64,000 nucleotides of DNA, from NCBI GenBank assembly GCA_041752275.1, contig JBGSHK010000015.1, positions 641-64,640 on the forward strand, read 5' to 3'. The notes under the pieces are model-generated. The model made no database searches. It was not told the DNA's origin and worked only from the letters and a program-made list of their open reading frames with translations. The position numbers and the translations under genes are program-made. Of the stretch, positions 1 through 8,853 are shown piece after piece. Origin of the DNA: Minisyncoccia bacterium. Lineage in GTDB: Bacteria; Patescibacteriota; Minisyncoccia; Phycocordibacterales; CAIZLB01. Every line of letters starts with the position of its first letter. The first letter of the stretch is position 1.

Positions 1-857
1 CAATAGTCTGTATAAGTTTCTATTTTATCTGAAGTTAAAGTGTTTATGTTTGATTTATCAATTTCTGGAATAAATTCAGATTTATTTTCTTTTGTTAATA
101 AAATACATTGACCTAAACCATTCAATACATAACTACTAGGTATGGTTGTTTGCACCCCATTTATGTTTTTACAATAATCAACATTTGGAGCACATATACC
201 TCCTTCATCTTGTCCATAACCTGTAGGTATAACTGATTGTATACCTGGTATATTTAAACAAGTATCTGTTGTGTTTTGAGTGTTTTGTAAAAAACCGTTT
301 GGAACAGTTGAGCCACCCGAACCTGATGTTGTATTCGAAATTGGATTTTCTGGTACAGTAACAGATCTTACAGACAGTGGTCTCCAGTCAGTTTTTAAAC
401 AAGCTCCATTAAAAGAACAGTCAAACTTTATCCAACCACCAAAAGGACCACCTGTCCAAGCCCAGCCTTCAAACTCACCGTCGTTATTTATTTTGACACT
501 TTGACCAGTTACAGAAAAGTTTATCCAACCAGATACTTGTGACCATGCTTTACCTGATATGATACCTGTAGAAGAATCTATAGTTAAACCCTCTGCACCT
601 GTTGGATCAAAATTAATCCATCCTATAGCATTACCCCAGGCCACCCCGTCTACACCATTTACATCATCTATAGTTACTAGGGTTGTTCCTGTAGGTAAAA
701 AATTTATAATACTAGGTGTAGGGTTTGAACAATCAACTGAATGACAAATTAATGCATTTTTATTTGAAGAGTCTATTGTACCACTTGATTCAGATGCATT
801 TATAAAATTAGGTATTAGAAAAAAAATTATTATTAAAATAAATTTATTAAGTTTCAT
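1..857 (-). CDS. Partial secreted repeat protein; start ATG at 857-855, 3' end runs off the window. Signal peptide MKLNKFILIIIFFLIP, three G-W-I-N/K-F repeats, Cys-containing NIxGxQxxIPxxY repeats
   Basis: Manual translation of the minus strand from ATG 857-855 stays open to position 1. Hydrophobic N-terminus followed by internal repeats. It is not in the ORF track because no stop lies inside the window. Confidence 0.5.
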   Translation of the reverse strand, partial: MKLNKFILIIIFFLIPNFINASESSGTIDSSNKNALICHSVDCSNPTPSIINFLPTGTTLVTIDDVNGVDGVAWGNAIGWINFDPTGAEGLTIDSSTGIISGKAWSQVSGWINFSVTGQSVKINNDGEFEGWAWTGGPFGGWIKFDCSFNGACLKTDWRPLSVRSVTVPENPISNTTSGSGGSTVPNGFLQNTQNTTDTCLNIPGIQSVIPTGYGQDEGGICAPNVDYCKNINGVQTTIPSSYVLNGLGQCILLTKENKSEFIPEIDKSNINTLTSDKIETYTDY

Positions 858-909
858 ATATTTTATACTAACACTTTTTTTATAACATTACACTTAAATT
901 TGTTAAAAA

Positions 910-1143
910 CTATATAGCCTTTATCTCAGCATCAACACCGTTAAAATCTTCTGATAAATCTAAATCTGCATCAAGATTATCAATCTTTACCTCTATTTCA
1001 TCTGTAGTATCAGTTTGTGTAGACATATCCAGAACTTGTTCAGGTGTTTCTTCTACAACTTCTTTCTTGGTCATAGTATTCCAAGAAAACCAAGCTATTG
1101 ATATTAATAATATAATTACTATTATTATTGCTATTTTTTTCAT
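910..1143 (-). CDS. Small membrane-anchored acidic protein, hypothetical
   Basis: 77-aa ORF with an N-terminal hydrophobic helix and a D/E-rich tail. Confidence 0.45.
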   Translation of the reverse strand: MKKIAIIIVIILLISIAWFSWNTMTKKEVVEETPEQVLDMSTQTDTTDEIEVKIDNLDADLDLSEDFNGVDAEIKAI

Positions 1144-1164
1144 ATGTGTTTTTATTTATTTTTT

Positions 1165-2118
1165 TTAATTTGTAGTTGTTGTTGATATATCATTATTTAC
1201 TTTTGGTATAACCTTTAAAGCATCGGCAACTTTTCTTGTTGATTCATGTGCAGTTTTTACTTTAATATTCATAAGTTCCACATCTTTTCTTAACAAATCA
1301 CGAGCTGTTTGCAATGATGTTTTTATAGTTGACTCATCTACAATGGTCACTGGATAAGTTTTAGCTGTTTGATTGGTTATAGCTGTACGAGCCTCTGATA
1401 TTGCGGACTCTGCTGTAGTTATAAGTGATCTAATATTTGCAACATCTATACCATTTGCAGTAGCTTTATCAGTTCTTGATTCTATAGAAATTAACACTTC
1501 TTCTATTTTATTTATATTTTCGGATGATTTTGTTGTAATCTTTATATTTAGTTCGTTTATATTATTTGCAACATTTTCTACTCTTATTTTCTTCTTTTCA
1601 TCTTTTATTTTGTCTAATCCTTCTTTAAATTTTGCTTTCATAGCAAGTGTTGTACTGGCTCTCAACTCTTTTTTTGAGTTCAATTCTTCTTTAAATAATT
1701 CTCGTTTTTCTTGTATACCTTTTATCAAATCACCTCTTTTTTCTTTTATAGCATCTGTTGTACTGGCTTTATTTGCTTTTATATTAGTTGAGAAGTCGGC
1801 ACGTATTTTACTTATTTCATTTTTATTTTGTTCACGCAAAACTTTTAGTTCTGCTGGAGGTCTTACTGTTGTTGATGAAGCATTTTGACGTACTGATTTA
1901 ACCTCATCAAGTCTTTCTTTACGTAATTCTTCTCGATTATCCCTTCCTTCTTGTCTTATTTCTTTTATCTCTCCTCTTGTCCCTGCTCTCATATCTCTAA
2001 TCTCAGGTCTTGGGGGTTGTGGTTTAATATCAGAATCTTCGGCAGAAATAATTGACGGTGCTATTATTGTTCCTAATAAAATTAGGAATGCTATTGTTAT
2101 TATTTTATTTTTTTTCAT
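1165..2118 (-). CDS. Secreted Lys/Glu-rich coiled-coil protein, hypothetical
   Basis: 317-aa ORF with a signal peptide (MKKNKIITIAFLILLGTIIAPSIISA) and charged heptad-like low complexity. Confidence 0.55.
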   Translation of the reverse strand: MKKNKIITIAFLILLGTIIAPSIISAEDSDIKPQPPRPEIRDMRAGTRGEIKEIRQEGRDNREELRKERLDEVKSVRQNASSTTVRPPAELKVLREQNKNEISKIRADFSTNIKANKASTTDAIKEKRGDLIKGIQEKRELFKEELNSKKELRASTTLAMKAKFKEGLDKIKDEKKKIRVENVANNINELNIKITTKSSENINKIEEVLISIESRTDKATANGIDVANIRSLITTAESAISEARTAITNQTAKTYPVTIVDESTIKTSLQTARDLLRKDVELMNIKVKTAHESTRKVADALKVIPKVNNDISTTTTN

Positions 2119-2182
2119 AGATAAATTATATCATGTATAAAAAAATAGATACAATTTTTTTGTTATATGATAAACTTTAATC

Positions 2183-3049
2183 ATGAATCTAAAAAGACTT
2201 TTAAAAATATCCCGGCCTCGTTTTTGGATATATGAAATAGGACCATATATCATAGGAGTGCTTGCAGCAGCTCAAAGTGAACACTTTATATGGTTAATAC
2301 CACTGACTTTAATATTTTTTATATTCTTCACCTACCCTGCCAATATATATATTTATGGAATAAACGATGTTTATGATTATGACACAGACAAACTCAACCC
2401 TAAAAAAATATCATATGAATCCCTGGTGATGCCCGATGAGCAAAAAGGACTTCTAAAACACATTGCTTTTGTAACTCTTCCTTTTGTTATCTTTGGTTTT
2501 ATATTTTTATCTTTTCAGTCATTAATTTTTCTTTTTGCATTTTTATTTTTTGCTGGATTTTATTCTGCCAAACCTATACGTGCAAAAGCTATACCAGGGC
2601 TCGACAGTATTTTTAGTGCCGGACATTATATAGCCACAGCAGTTTTTTCTTATGTATTTGTTTCTGATATATTAGAAAAACCGATATCTTGGTTAACAGT
2701 GCTTATACTTTCTGGTGCAGGAATGTGTTGGGCAATAGCAATGCATGCCTACTCCGCAGTACCTGACATAAAAGCTGATAGTGATGCAGGGCTATCTACT
2801 ATAGCCACAAAACTTGGTAAAAAATACACAGTGGTACTTTGTGCATTACTGTATATTTTATCTGGTGTGTTATCATTTACACACTTAGGTCTTATAAGTA
2901 TTTTACTATCAACAGTGTATGTATTATTTATGATTATTTCACTTCGTGCCGATGAAGAGAAGTTTTTCAAAATCTATAAAATATTTCCTCTTGTAAACAC
3001 ACTTTCTGGAATGATTATATTCTTTACTCTACTTATTAAAGCTCTGTAA
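2183..3049 (+). CDS. UbiA-family aromatic/polyprenyl prenyltransferase (integral membrane)
   Basis: NDVYDYDTD matches the NDxxDxxxD first Asp-rich motif of UbiA prenyltransferases. Multiple TM helices. Confidence 0.65.
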   Translation: MNLKRLLKISRPRFWIYEIGPYIIGVLAAAQSEHFIWLIPLTLIFFIFFTYPANIYIYGINDVYDYDTDKLNPKKISYESLVMPDEQKGLLKHIAFVTLPFVIFGFIFLSFQSLIFLFAFLFFAGFYSAKPIRAKAIPGLDSIFSAGHYIATAVFSYVFVSDILEKPISWLTVLILSGAGMCWAIAMHAYSAVPDIKADSDAGLSTIATKLGKKYTVVLCALLYILSGVLSFTHLGLISILLSTVYVLFMIISLRADEEKFFKIYKIFPLVNTLSGMIIFFTLLIKAL

Positions 3050-4541
3050 GTGCTGATGGAGTGTTTATATTTTCTATTCTTTTATAAGCAAGCTCTGCAG
3101 ATATAAGACATATTGGCATACCTATACCTGGATTTGTACCTGCACCAACGTACAATAAGTTTTTTATTTTTTTATGAATATTGTTTGGTCTGAAGATAGC
3201 TGTTTGACTTAGAGAATGAGCCAAACCAAGAGCTGTACCTTTAAAAGAATTATAATCTTTTATAAAATCGTTTACTGCATATATTCTTTTAAATTCTATT
3301 CTTTTTGCAAAGTCAGGTATGTCCATATATTCAGACATTTGTTCTATAACAAAATCAGAGTATTTTTCTAAAAACTCATCTGTGTGTTCAAGACCTGCGG
3401 CTATAGGCACCAAAACAAAAAGGTTTTCTTTACCTTCAGGTGCTACTGTAGGATCTGATTTTGATGGAGCAGATACATATATAGACGGATTAGTTGGCCA
3501 CTCGGCATCTTTAAATATTTGTCTAAAATTCTCTTCCCATTTTTCAGAGAAAATAAGATTGTGATGTTGAAGTGTTGGTATTTTTCCATCTACACCAAGA
3601 TATATCATAAAAGCAGAAGGTGCCATAAGACGAGTGTCCCAATACTTTGGACTTTTTTGTCTATGTTGTGGATCAAGAAGTTTTTGATCAGTATGTTCTA
3701 CATCTGCATTTGATATCACTATATCTGCTTTAAGCATGTCACCACTTTCAAGTATGACACCTTGTGCTATGTTATTTTCAACTACTATTTTTGAAACCGG
3801 AGAGTTAGTTTTAATAATAACGCCATTTTTTCTAGCAATAGTTTCCATAGCTTCGATAAGTTTATATATTCCTCCATCTGGATACCAAACACCTTGAACA
3901 AAATCTACATAATTCATCATACTGTATATACCTGGTGCGTCCCCTGGTGCAGTTCCAAGTAAAACAGTTTGATACTGCATTACTTTTCTCAATATCTCAC
4001 TTTTAAATTTTTTATTGATAATAGTTGCAACTTTAGAAAAAACTGGCAACTTTCTACCTTCCGTCATAACTCTTTTATTGAAAAAATCAAAAATGTTATT
4101 ATAGTTTTTATACATGAACTCGTTTCGTGCTATTTCATATTGTTGACGAGTGATTTCCATATGATTTCTTAAAATCTGACCTGAACCTGGTTCTAATGAT
4201 TCAAATGTTTCTATAGTTTTTTCAAGATCTGAATAAAAATCATAATGTTTTTTTTCACTTTTCAAAAATATTCTGTATGATGGTGACAATCTTTTAAGTG
4301 TCAAATAATCTTTTATATTCTCTCCCATCAACTCAAAAAAATGCTCAAAAATCTCAGGCATCATATACCATGATGGACCCATATCAAAAACATAACCTTT
4401 GGCACTAAATATGTTAGCACGTCCACCTACTTTATCGTTTTTTTCTACTATGGTTACAATGTATCCTTTTTTAGCAAGTAAACACGCTGTGGCTAAACCA
4501 CCTATTCCCGCCCCTATAACTATTACGCTTTTTTTATTCAT
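3036..4541 (-). CDS. Phytoene/dehydrosqualene desaturase-family FAD-dependent oxidoreductase (CrtI/CrtN-like)
   Basis: N-terminal Rossmann dinucleotide-binding fold VIVIGAGIGGLATACLLAKKGYIVTIVEKNDKVGGRA. ~500 aa, amine-oxidase/CrtI-like. Confidence 0.7.
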   Translation of the reverse strand: MNKKSVIVIGAGIGGLATACLLAKKGYIVTIVEKNDKVGGRANIFSAKGYVFDMGPSWYMMPEIFEHFFELMGENIKDYLTLKRLSPSYRIFLKSEKKHYDFYSDLEKTIETFESLEPGSGQILRNHMEITRQQYEIARNEFMYKNYNNIFDFFNKRVMTEGRKLPVFSKVATIINKKFKSEILRKVMQYQTVLLGTAPGDAPGIYSMMNYVDFVQGVWYPDGGIYKLIEAMETIARKNGVIIKTNSPVSKIVVENNIAQGVILESGDMLKADIVISNADVEHTDQKLLDPQHRQKSPKYWDTRLMAPSAFMIYLGVDGKIPTLQHHNLIFSEKWEENFRQIFKDAEWPTNPSIYVSAPSKSDPTVAPEGKENLFVLVPIAAGLEHTDEFLEKYSDFVIEQMSEYMDIPDFAKRIEFKRIYAVNDFIKDYNSFKGTALGLAHSLSQTAIFRPNNIHKKIKNLLYVGAGTNPGIGMPICLISAELAYKRIENINTPSALTEL

Positions 4542-4556
4542 ATTTTTTTATATATT

Positions 4557-5474
4557 TTAATATTTTTTGATTAATGTTTTTAATGCGATTTTGATTTTTC
4601 CAAAAAAAGAAACATGTACTCTAGTATGTAGTATATCATAATTTAAAAGCTCTATTTTGGATATAATCTCAGCATATAACATACGTGCCACCCTTATACC
4701 TCGAGCAGCTTTAGGGGGTAAAAGTTTGATCCCTTCATCTGCTTGATCATATAATTTATTTGTTCTTTCGATTTCATATTTTACAAGTGCAATAAATTCA
4801 GATGTTAATTTTTTTTCAAATATATCATTTTCGATAACGTTAAACTTTTTCAAATCTTCAAGGGGTAAATATATTCTACCTCTTTGTGAAATATCTTCAC
4901 CAATATCTCTTAGAAAATTTGTCATCTGAAAAGCTTCGCCAAGTTTTTGCGCTTTATCTAAAATATTTTTTCTATAAAATTCATCTTGTAAAAATCTTTG
5001 ATCATTTTTATAAATAATATATGTCATCATAAGACCAACAACTGATGCTGATCCATACATATATTTTTCCAAATCTTCATAAGTCTCATAACGATCTTTA
5101 TATGTGTCTTGTATCATTGCAGATAAAAAAGACTGGCTGTATTCAAAAGGTATGCTGTATTTATGAAATATATAAGATGCTACACGAAGCACTTGTGTTT
5201 CTTCATCGATCGCAGTCTTAGTTTTATTGTCATAATATTCATTCCATAGAGCATTCCATTTCTCAAGTTTTTCTAAGGCTATATCTTTTTTATCACTGAA
5301 ATCAGTATCAACGTATTCATCAGGATATCTAAAAAAAGCATACAGTACACAAATAGCATCTCTTTCTTCAGGTGAAAAAAGTAGGGTACCAAAATAAAAA
5401 CTTTTACCGTATTTTTTATGTACATTTCTACATAAATCAATATCTTGTTTATATTCTTTATATGGTATTATCAT
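4557..5474 (-). CDS. Squalene/phytoene synthase-family head-to-head prenyl synthase (CrtB/CrtM-like)
   Basis: 305 aa with the family's Asp-rich region YAFFRYPDEYVDTD; typical length for trans-isoprenyl diphosphate synthases. Confidence 0.65.
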   Translation of the reverse strand: MIIPYKEYKQDIDLCRNVHKKYGKSFYFGTLLFSPEERDAICVLYAFFRYPDEYVDTDFSDKKDIALEKLEKWNALWNEYYDNKTKTAIDEETQVLRVASYIFHKYSIPFEYSQSFLSAMIQDTYKDRYETYEDLEKYMYGSASVVGLMMTYIIYKNDQRFLQDEFYRKNILDKAQKLGEAFQMTNFLRDIGEDISQRGRIYLPLEDLKKFNVIENDIFEKKLTSEFIALVKYEIERTNKLYDQADEGIKLLPPKAARGIRVARMLYAEIISKIELLNYDILHTRVHVSFFGKIKIALKTLIKKY

Positions 5475-6592
5475 GATTTTCTTTTATCTATTAATGAAAT
5501 AAAATCAATCCATCTTTTCTTGTCCACAGCCTTGATGTCTGAATTTTCTATAAGCAACAAAGCTTTTGTAAACAATGTTGCGATTTCATTTTCTGCATAT
5601 TTTATAGCACCAGATGAATTAAACAATCGAAGTAAAACTTTTCTAGTATTATCATCTACATTTTTTCCAAACAATGAAGCCAGAATCTCTTTATCTCGAG
5701 CAGATGCATGCTCAAATACATATTGAGTAACCAATGTATGCTGACCATCTTGTATATCAAGCATAGTTATCTTACCTGTTATTTTTGAATCACCAACAAT
5801 ATCAAGTAAATCATCTTGTATTTGAAAAGCTTGACCAAGGATCAAACCAAGTTCGGTGTAAAATTCATCTCTCTCGTGTGAATTGGCTTGAGCGGCACCC
5901 ATGAGCATTGGATTAACAAAAGAATATCTAGCGGTCTTGAGTTCATTTTTCTTAATCAAATCTTTTGAATCAACTTTATTTTTTAAAGTAAGTGATACAT
6001 CAAGCATTTGCCCTGATACAGTTTCTTCATTCATACGATAATACAACTGTTGGACTTTTGTATTTGCAAATAAGGACATGACTTCACTTGCCCAACTAAA
6101 AACCAAATCACCTGTCAGTAAAGCAAGGCTTTCTGCTACATGTTTTTTTTCCGGTCTTTCTGATACAAATAACAAATCCTTCATATGTCTATGTATAGTC
6201 GATATACCATGTCTCTCTTTTCCTCCATCTATAATATCATCATGCACCAATGCAAATGCATGAAATAATTCTAAACCAATACCAACTTTGAAAATATTTT
6301 CATAATTTGTACCCCCTTCTGTTATATATGCAAGAAAAGATATATATGGTCTAACACGTTTTCCGCCATTATTTATAATTTCACTGAAATGATTGATAGC
6401 TTCTTTTGTAAGATAATCATCGTTGATCTTTAAATAATTTGTAATTTTATTGTCAACATGTTTTTTAAGATGAATATTAAAAATTTTTTGAAAAGATTTT
6501 AAATCAGTATCATTTAATACAGATCGTTGTTGACCAAAACCAAAAAAACTAAATATTTTACGGAGTTTTATATTGGGTATCTCTGAGATCAT
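5471..6592 (-). CDS. Polyprenyl diphosphate synthase (trans-IPPS; GGPP/FPP synthase-like)
   Basis: First DDxxD motif ALVHDDIIDGG and second motif FQIQDDLLDIVGD. Confidence 0.75.
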   Translation of the reverse strand: MISEIPNIKLRKIFSFFGFGQQRSVLNDTDLKSFQKIFNIHLKKHVDNKITNYLKINDDYLTKEAINHFSEIINNGGKRVRPYISFLAYITEGGTNYENIFKVGIGLELFHAFALVHDDIIDGGKERHGISTIHRHMKDLLFVSERPEKKHVAESLALLTGDLVFSWASEVMSLFANTKVQQLYYRMNEETVSGQMLDVSLTLKNKVDSKDLIKKNELKTARYSFVNPMLMGAAQANSHERDEFYTELGLILGQAFQIQDDLLDIVGDSKITGKITMLDIQDGQHTLVTQYVFEHASARDKEILASLFGKNVDDNTRKVLLRLFNSSGAIKYAENEIATLFTKALLLIENSDIKAVDKKRWIDFISLIDKRKS

Positions 6593-6632
6593 ATAGATAT
6601 ATTATCATATTATGAGTTTTTATGGTTAGATA

Positions 6633-7064
6633 TTACTGATGTGAATTAACATATTGTCTAGTAAGTGGACCAAAAAATCCTGTTGTAGATATACCTGCAA
6701 ATTTTTGTAGTTTTATCAACGCAGCTCGAGTAGCTGAACCAAAACGAGTCGACTCTTTCCCCACTGATCCTATTCCTGATTTTGAAACTGTATATCCTTT
6801 TGTATTTAAATATTTTTGCAAAAACTTGACATCGCTATTGACAACACCAAACTGCAAGTTTTGTGTGAATGAAAATGTAGGTGTTGAAGTTGAAATTGCA
6901 GGTATAACTTCAGACACTGTTGATTGAATATTATTTCTTGAAAGAAAGAAAGTATCAACTCCACTACCACCAGTTGAACCAACCCAACTAACAGCATAAA
7001 CAGCACCGTCAATAACCAATGCTTTCTGTGTGGCAAGTCCTGTTGCTGGTGTAAAATTCACCAT
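6633..7064 (-). CDS. Peptidoglycan-binding domain (PG_binding_1-like) protein with no signal peptide of its own. It is probably the C-terminal part of the upstream 7074..8270 product, separated by one in-frame TAG.
   Basis: C-terminal LQKYLNTKGY...G.FG..T..A...LQKFAG....G.FGPLT pattern. Same frame as the upstream ORF, 9 nt downstream of its TAG. Confidence 0.5.
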   Translation of the reverse strand: MVNFTPATGLATQKALVIDGAVYAVSWVGSTGGSGVDTFFLSRNNIQSTVSEVIPAISTSTPTFSFTQNLQFGVVNSDVKFLQKYLNTKGYTVSKSGIGSVGKESTRFGSATRAALIKLQKFAGISTTGFFGPLTRQYVNSHQ

Positions 7065-7073
7065 TGTATTACC

Positions 7074-8270
7074 CTAACGATCATTTAACACACCTGATAC
7101 ATTGATCACATCCAAATCATTTGAAGCATCATCTACCTGCACTGTGTAATTACAGCTACCTATATTATTATGTATTACAGTAAATGTACAAGTTCTATCT
7201 GTAGAACCTGTCTCAAAAGTTAAGACTACAACCCCTGTTGATGTTACAGGTTCTGAAAAAGTAACATTGGTGGTAATAGTAGCACCCAACTTGTATACAG
7301 CATCAACTGAGTTTGAGGAAATACTCGTTATAGTCGGTGCTGTTTGATCAAAAGTTTGCCATGCAAAATATGGATAACCATCATTGTAAAGAGGGTTAAT
7401 ATTCCATATATCATTATTAGCAACATCATTGTTTGGATTGCCAACAAAATCCCATGGGGTTGTTAGACCTGGTGTAGTTGTTGCTGTAAATGTAGCAACT
7501 GATTTCATTTGTAAAGTTGTCTTTGGAGTTGAACTACCGTTTGTATCACTCACACCTAACAACTGACTGTCATAAAAAGAGTTTACTGTTGTTCCACCAA
7601 AATTATTTCCAATAAAACCAGCTGCAGTAGATGGGCTTGTACCACCTGTAGCATATCCGTTAAATATTGTTGATGAATCATTACGACCAACAATACCACC
7701 ACTGTACACACCGCCATTTACAGTCACACGAGTATACACATCACTTATGGTACCAGTTGCATGCCACCCAATCAAACCACCGGTGTATGATGGACCGGTA
7801 ACTTCACCTGTAACAAATACTTGACTAATAGTACCTCCATACATAGTTCCTATAAGTGTTCCTGTGTAAGAACCCACATTACTTACAGTAATGTCATTTA
7901 ATCCAACGTTTTGAATAGTACCGCTTGCCGCTGCAAACAAACCAGAGCTACTGTATTCACCTATATAAAGATCATCGATCGTATGATTCTGTCCATTGAA
8001 AATTCCGGTAAAAGGATCTACAAAATAATCTCCAATTGGATTAAATCCATTGCCTCCATTCCAATTTATAGTGTCGTAACAATTGATATTGTTATTTAAT
8101 ATAAAATTAGAGGTCAGGTGATTCCTTACAGATTGAAGTTGAACACAGGTTTCTATCTGATACGGATCACCCACAGAACCGTCACCTCCGGCGAAGGTAT
8201 CTGCGTGTGCATTAGTTGAAATAAAAAAAATAAAAGTAAAAATGCATAACGCAAGATGATTTTTTTTCAT
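7074..8270 (-). CDS. Secreted Gly-rich repeat protein (GLUG-like GGLIG/GGIVG repeats) with a C-terminal Ig-like region
   Basis: Signal peptide MKKNHLALCIFTFIFFISTNAHA. Tandem ~20-aa Gly-rich repeats. Ends at TAG 7074-7076. Confidence 0.55.
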   Translation of the reverse strand: MKKNHLALCIFTFIFFISTNAHADTFAGGDGSVGDPYQIETCVQLQSVRNHLTSNFILNNNINCYDTINWNGGNGFNPIGDYFVDPFTGIFNGQNHTIDDLYIGEYSSSGLFAAASGTIQNVGLNDITVSNVGSYTGTLIGTMYGGTISQVFVTGEVTGPSYTGGLIGWHATGTISDVYTRVTVNGGVYSGGIVGRNDSSTIFNGYATGGTSPSTAAGFIGNNFGGTTVNSFYDSQLLGVSDTNGSSTPKTTLQMKSVATFTATTTPGLTTPWDFVGNPNNDVANNDIWNINPLYNDGYPYFAWQTFDQTAPTITSISSNSVDAVYKLGATITTNVTFSEPVTSTGVVVLTFETGSTDRTCTFTVIHNNIGSCNYTVQVDDASNDLDVINVSGVLNDR

Positions 8271-8368
8271 AGATTAATTGTAGCAGATATTTTATGTGTG
8301 ACCTATTTTTTATATATGAAGTTATATAATTCTTATCAATTTCCTACGCACCTCGTGCTAGCTCATGT

Positions 8369-8442
8369 TGGTTACCCGACAGGGACTCGAACCCCAATTA
8401 ACGGTTCCAGAAACCGTTGTCCTACCATTAGACGATCGGGTA
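8369..8442 (-). tRNA. tRNA-Gln (anticodon CUG), CCA encoded
   Basis: Hand-folded cloverleaf: acceptor TACCCGA/TCGGGTA, anticodon stem ACGGT/ACCGT with loop TTCTGGA, T-loop TTCGAGT, discriminator A followed by CCA. Confidence 0.7.
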
Positions 8443-8448
8443 TGAGAA

Positions 8449-8712
8449 TTATTGATTCTCAGTTGGCATGGTAGTATCAACCACAGTTTCCACTGGAGTT
8501 TCCATCATAGTAGTTTCCGTAGGTGTATCAGCCATCATTGTTTCAACAACAGGTTCTGGCATCATAACCTCCTCCATTGGAGCTTGCATCATTGGTTCAG
8601 GAGTATTAACAGGTGTTTCCATCATAGGAGTAGAAGGTGCAACTATATTTTCTACAGTTTCTTCTTTAGCTGTAAATCCTAATAATGATTTTAAAGTGTC
8701 TATAAATGACAT
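8449..8712 (-). CDS. Small Met/Pro/Glu/Thr-rich low-complexity protein, hypothetical
   Basis: 87-aa ORF with repeated ETP/MME motifs. The coding status of low-complexity sequence is uncertain. Confidence 0.35.
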   Translation of the reverse strand: MSFIDTLKSLLGFTAKEETVENIVAPSTPMMETPVNTPEPMMQAPMEEVMMPEPVVETMMADTPTETTMMETPVETVVDTTMPTENQ

Positions 8713-8853
8713 ATTTTTTTTATTTTCTATAATTATTGATTAATATAAATAAAATACCATGTTTTATTAAGTTTTGAAAGAGTTTTTTATATAAAGAAAA
8801 ACCCTCGAGCGTATAAATGCACTCGAGAGTCTTGATTTTAGAGATTTAGGTTA

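Noticed and set aside
1373-1888. 171-aa + strand ORF
   Set aside because: Lies entirely antisense within the 1165..2118 secreted-protein gene. Its hydrophobic, Phe/Ser-rich translation is typical of a reverse-frame artefact in AT-rich DNA.
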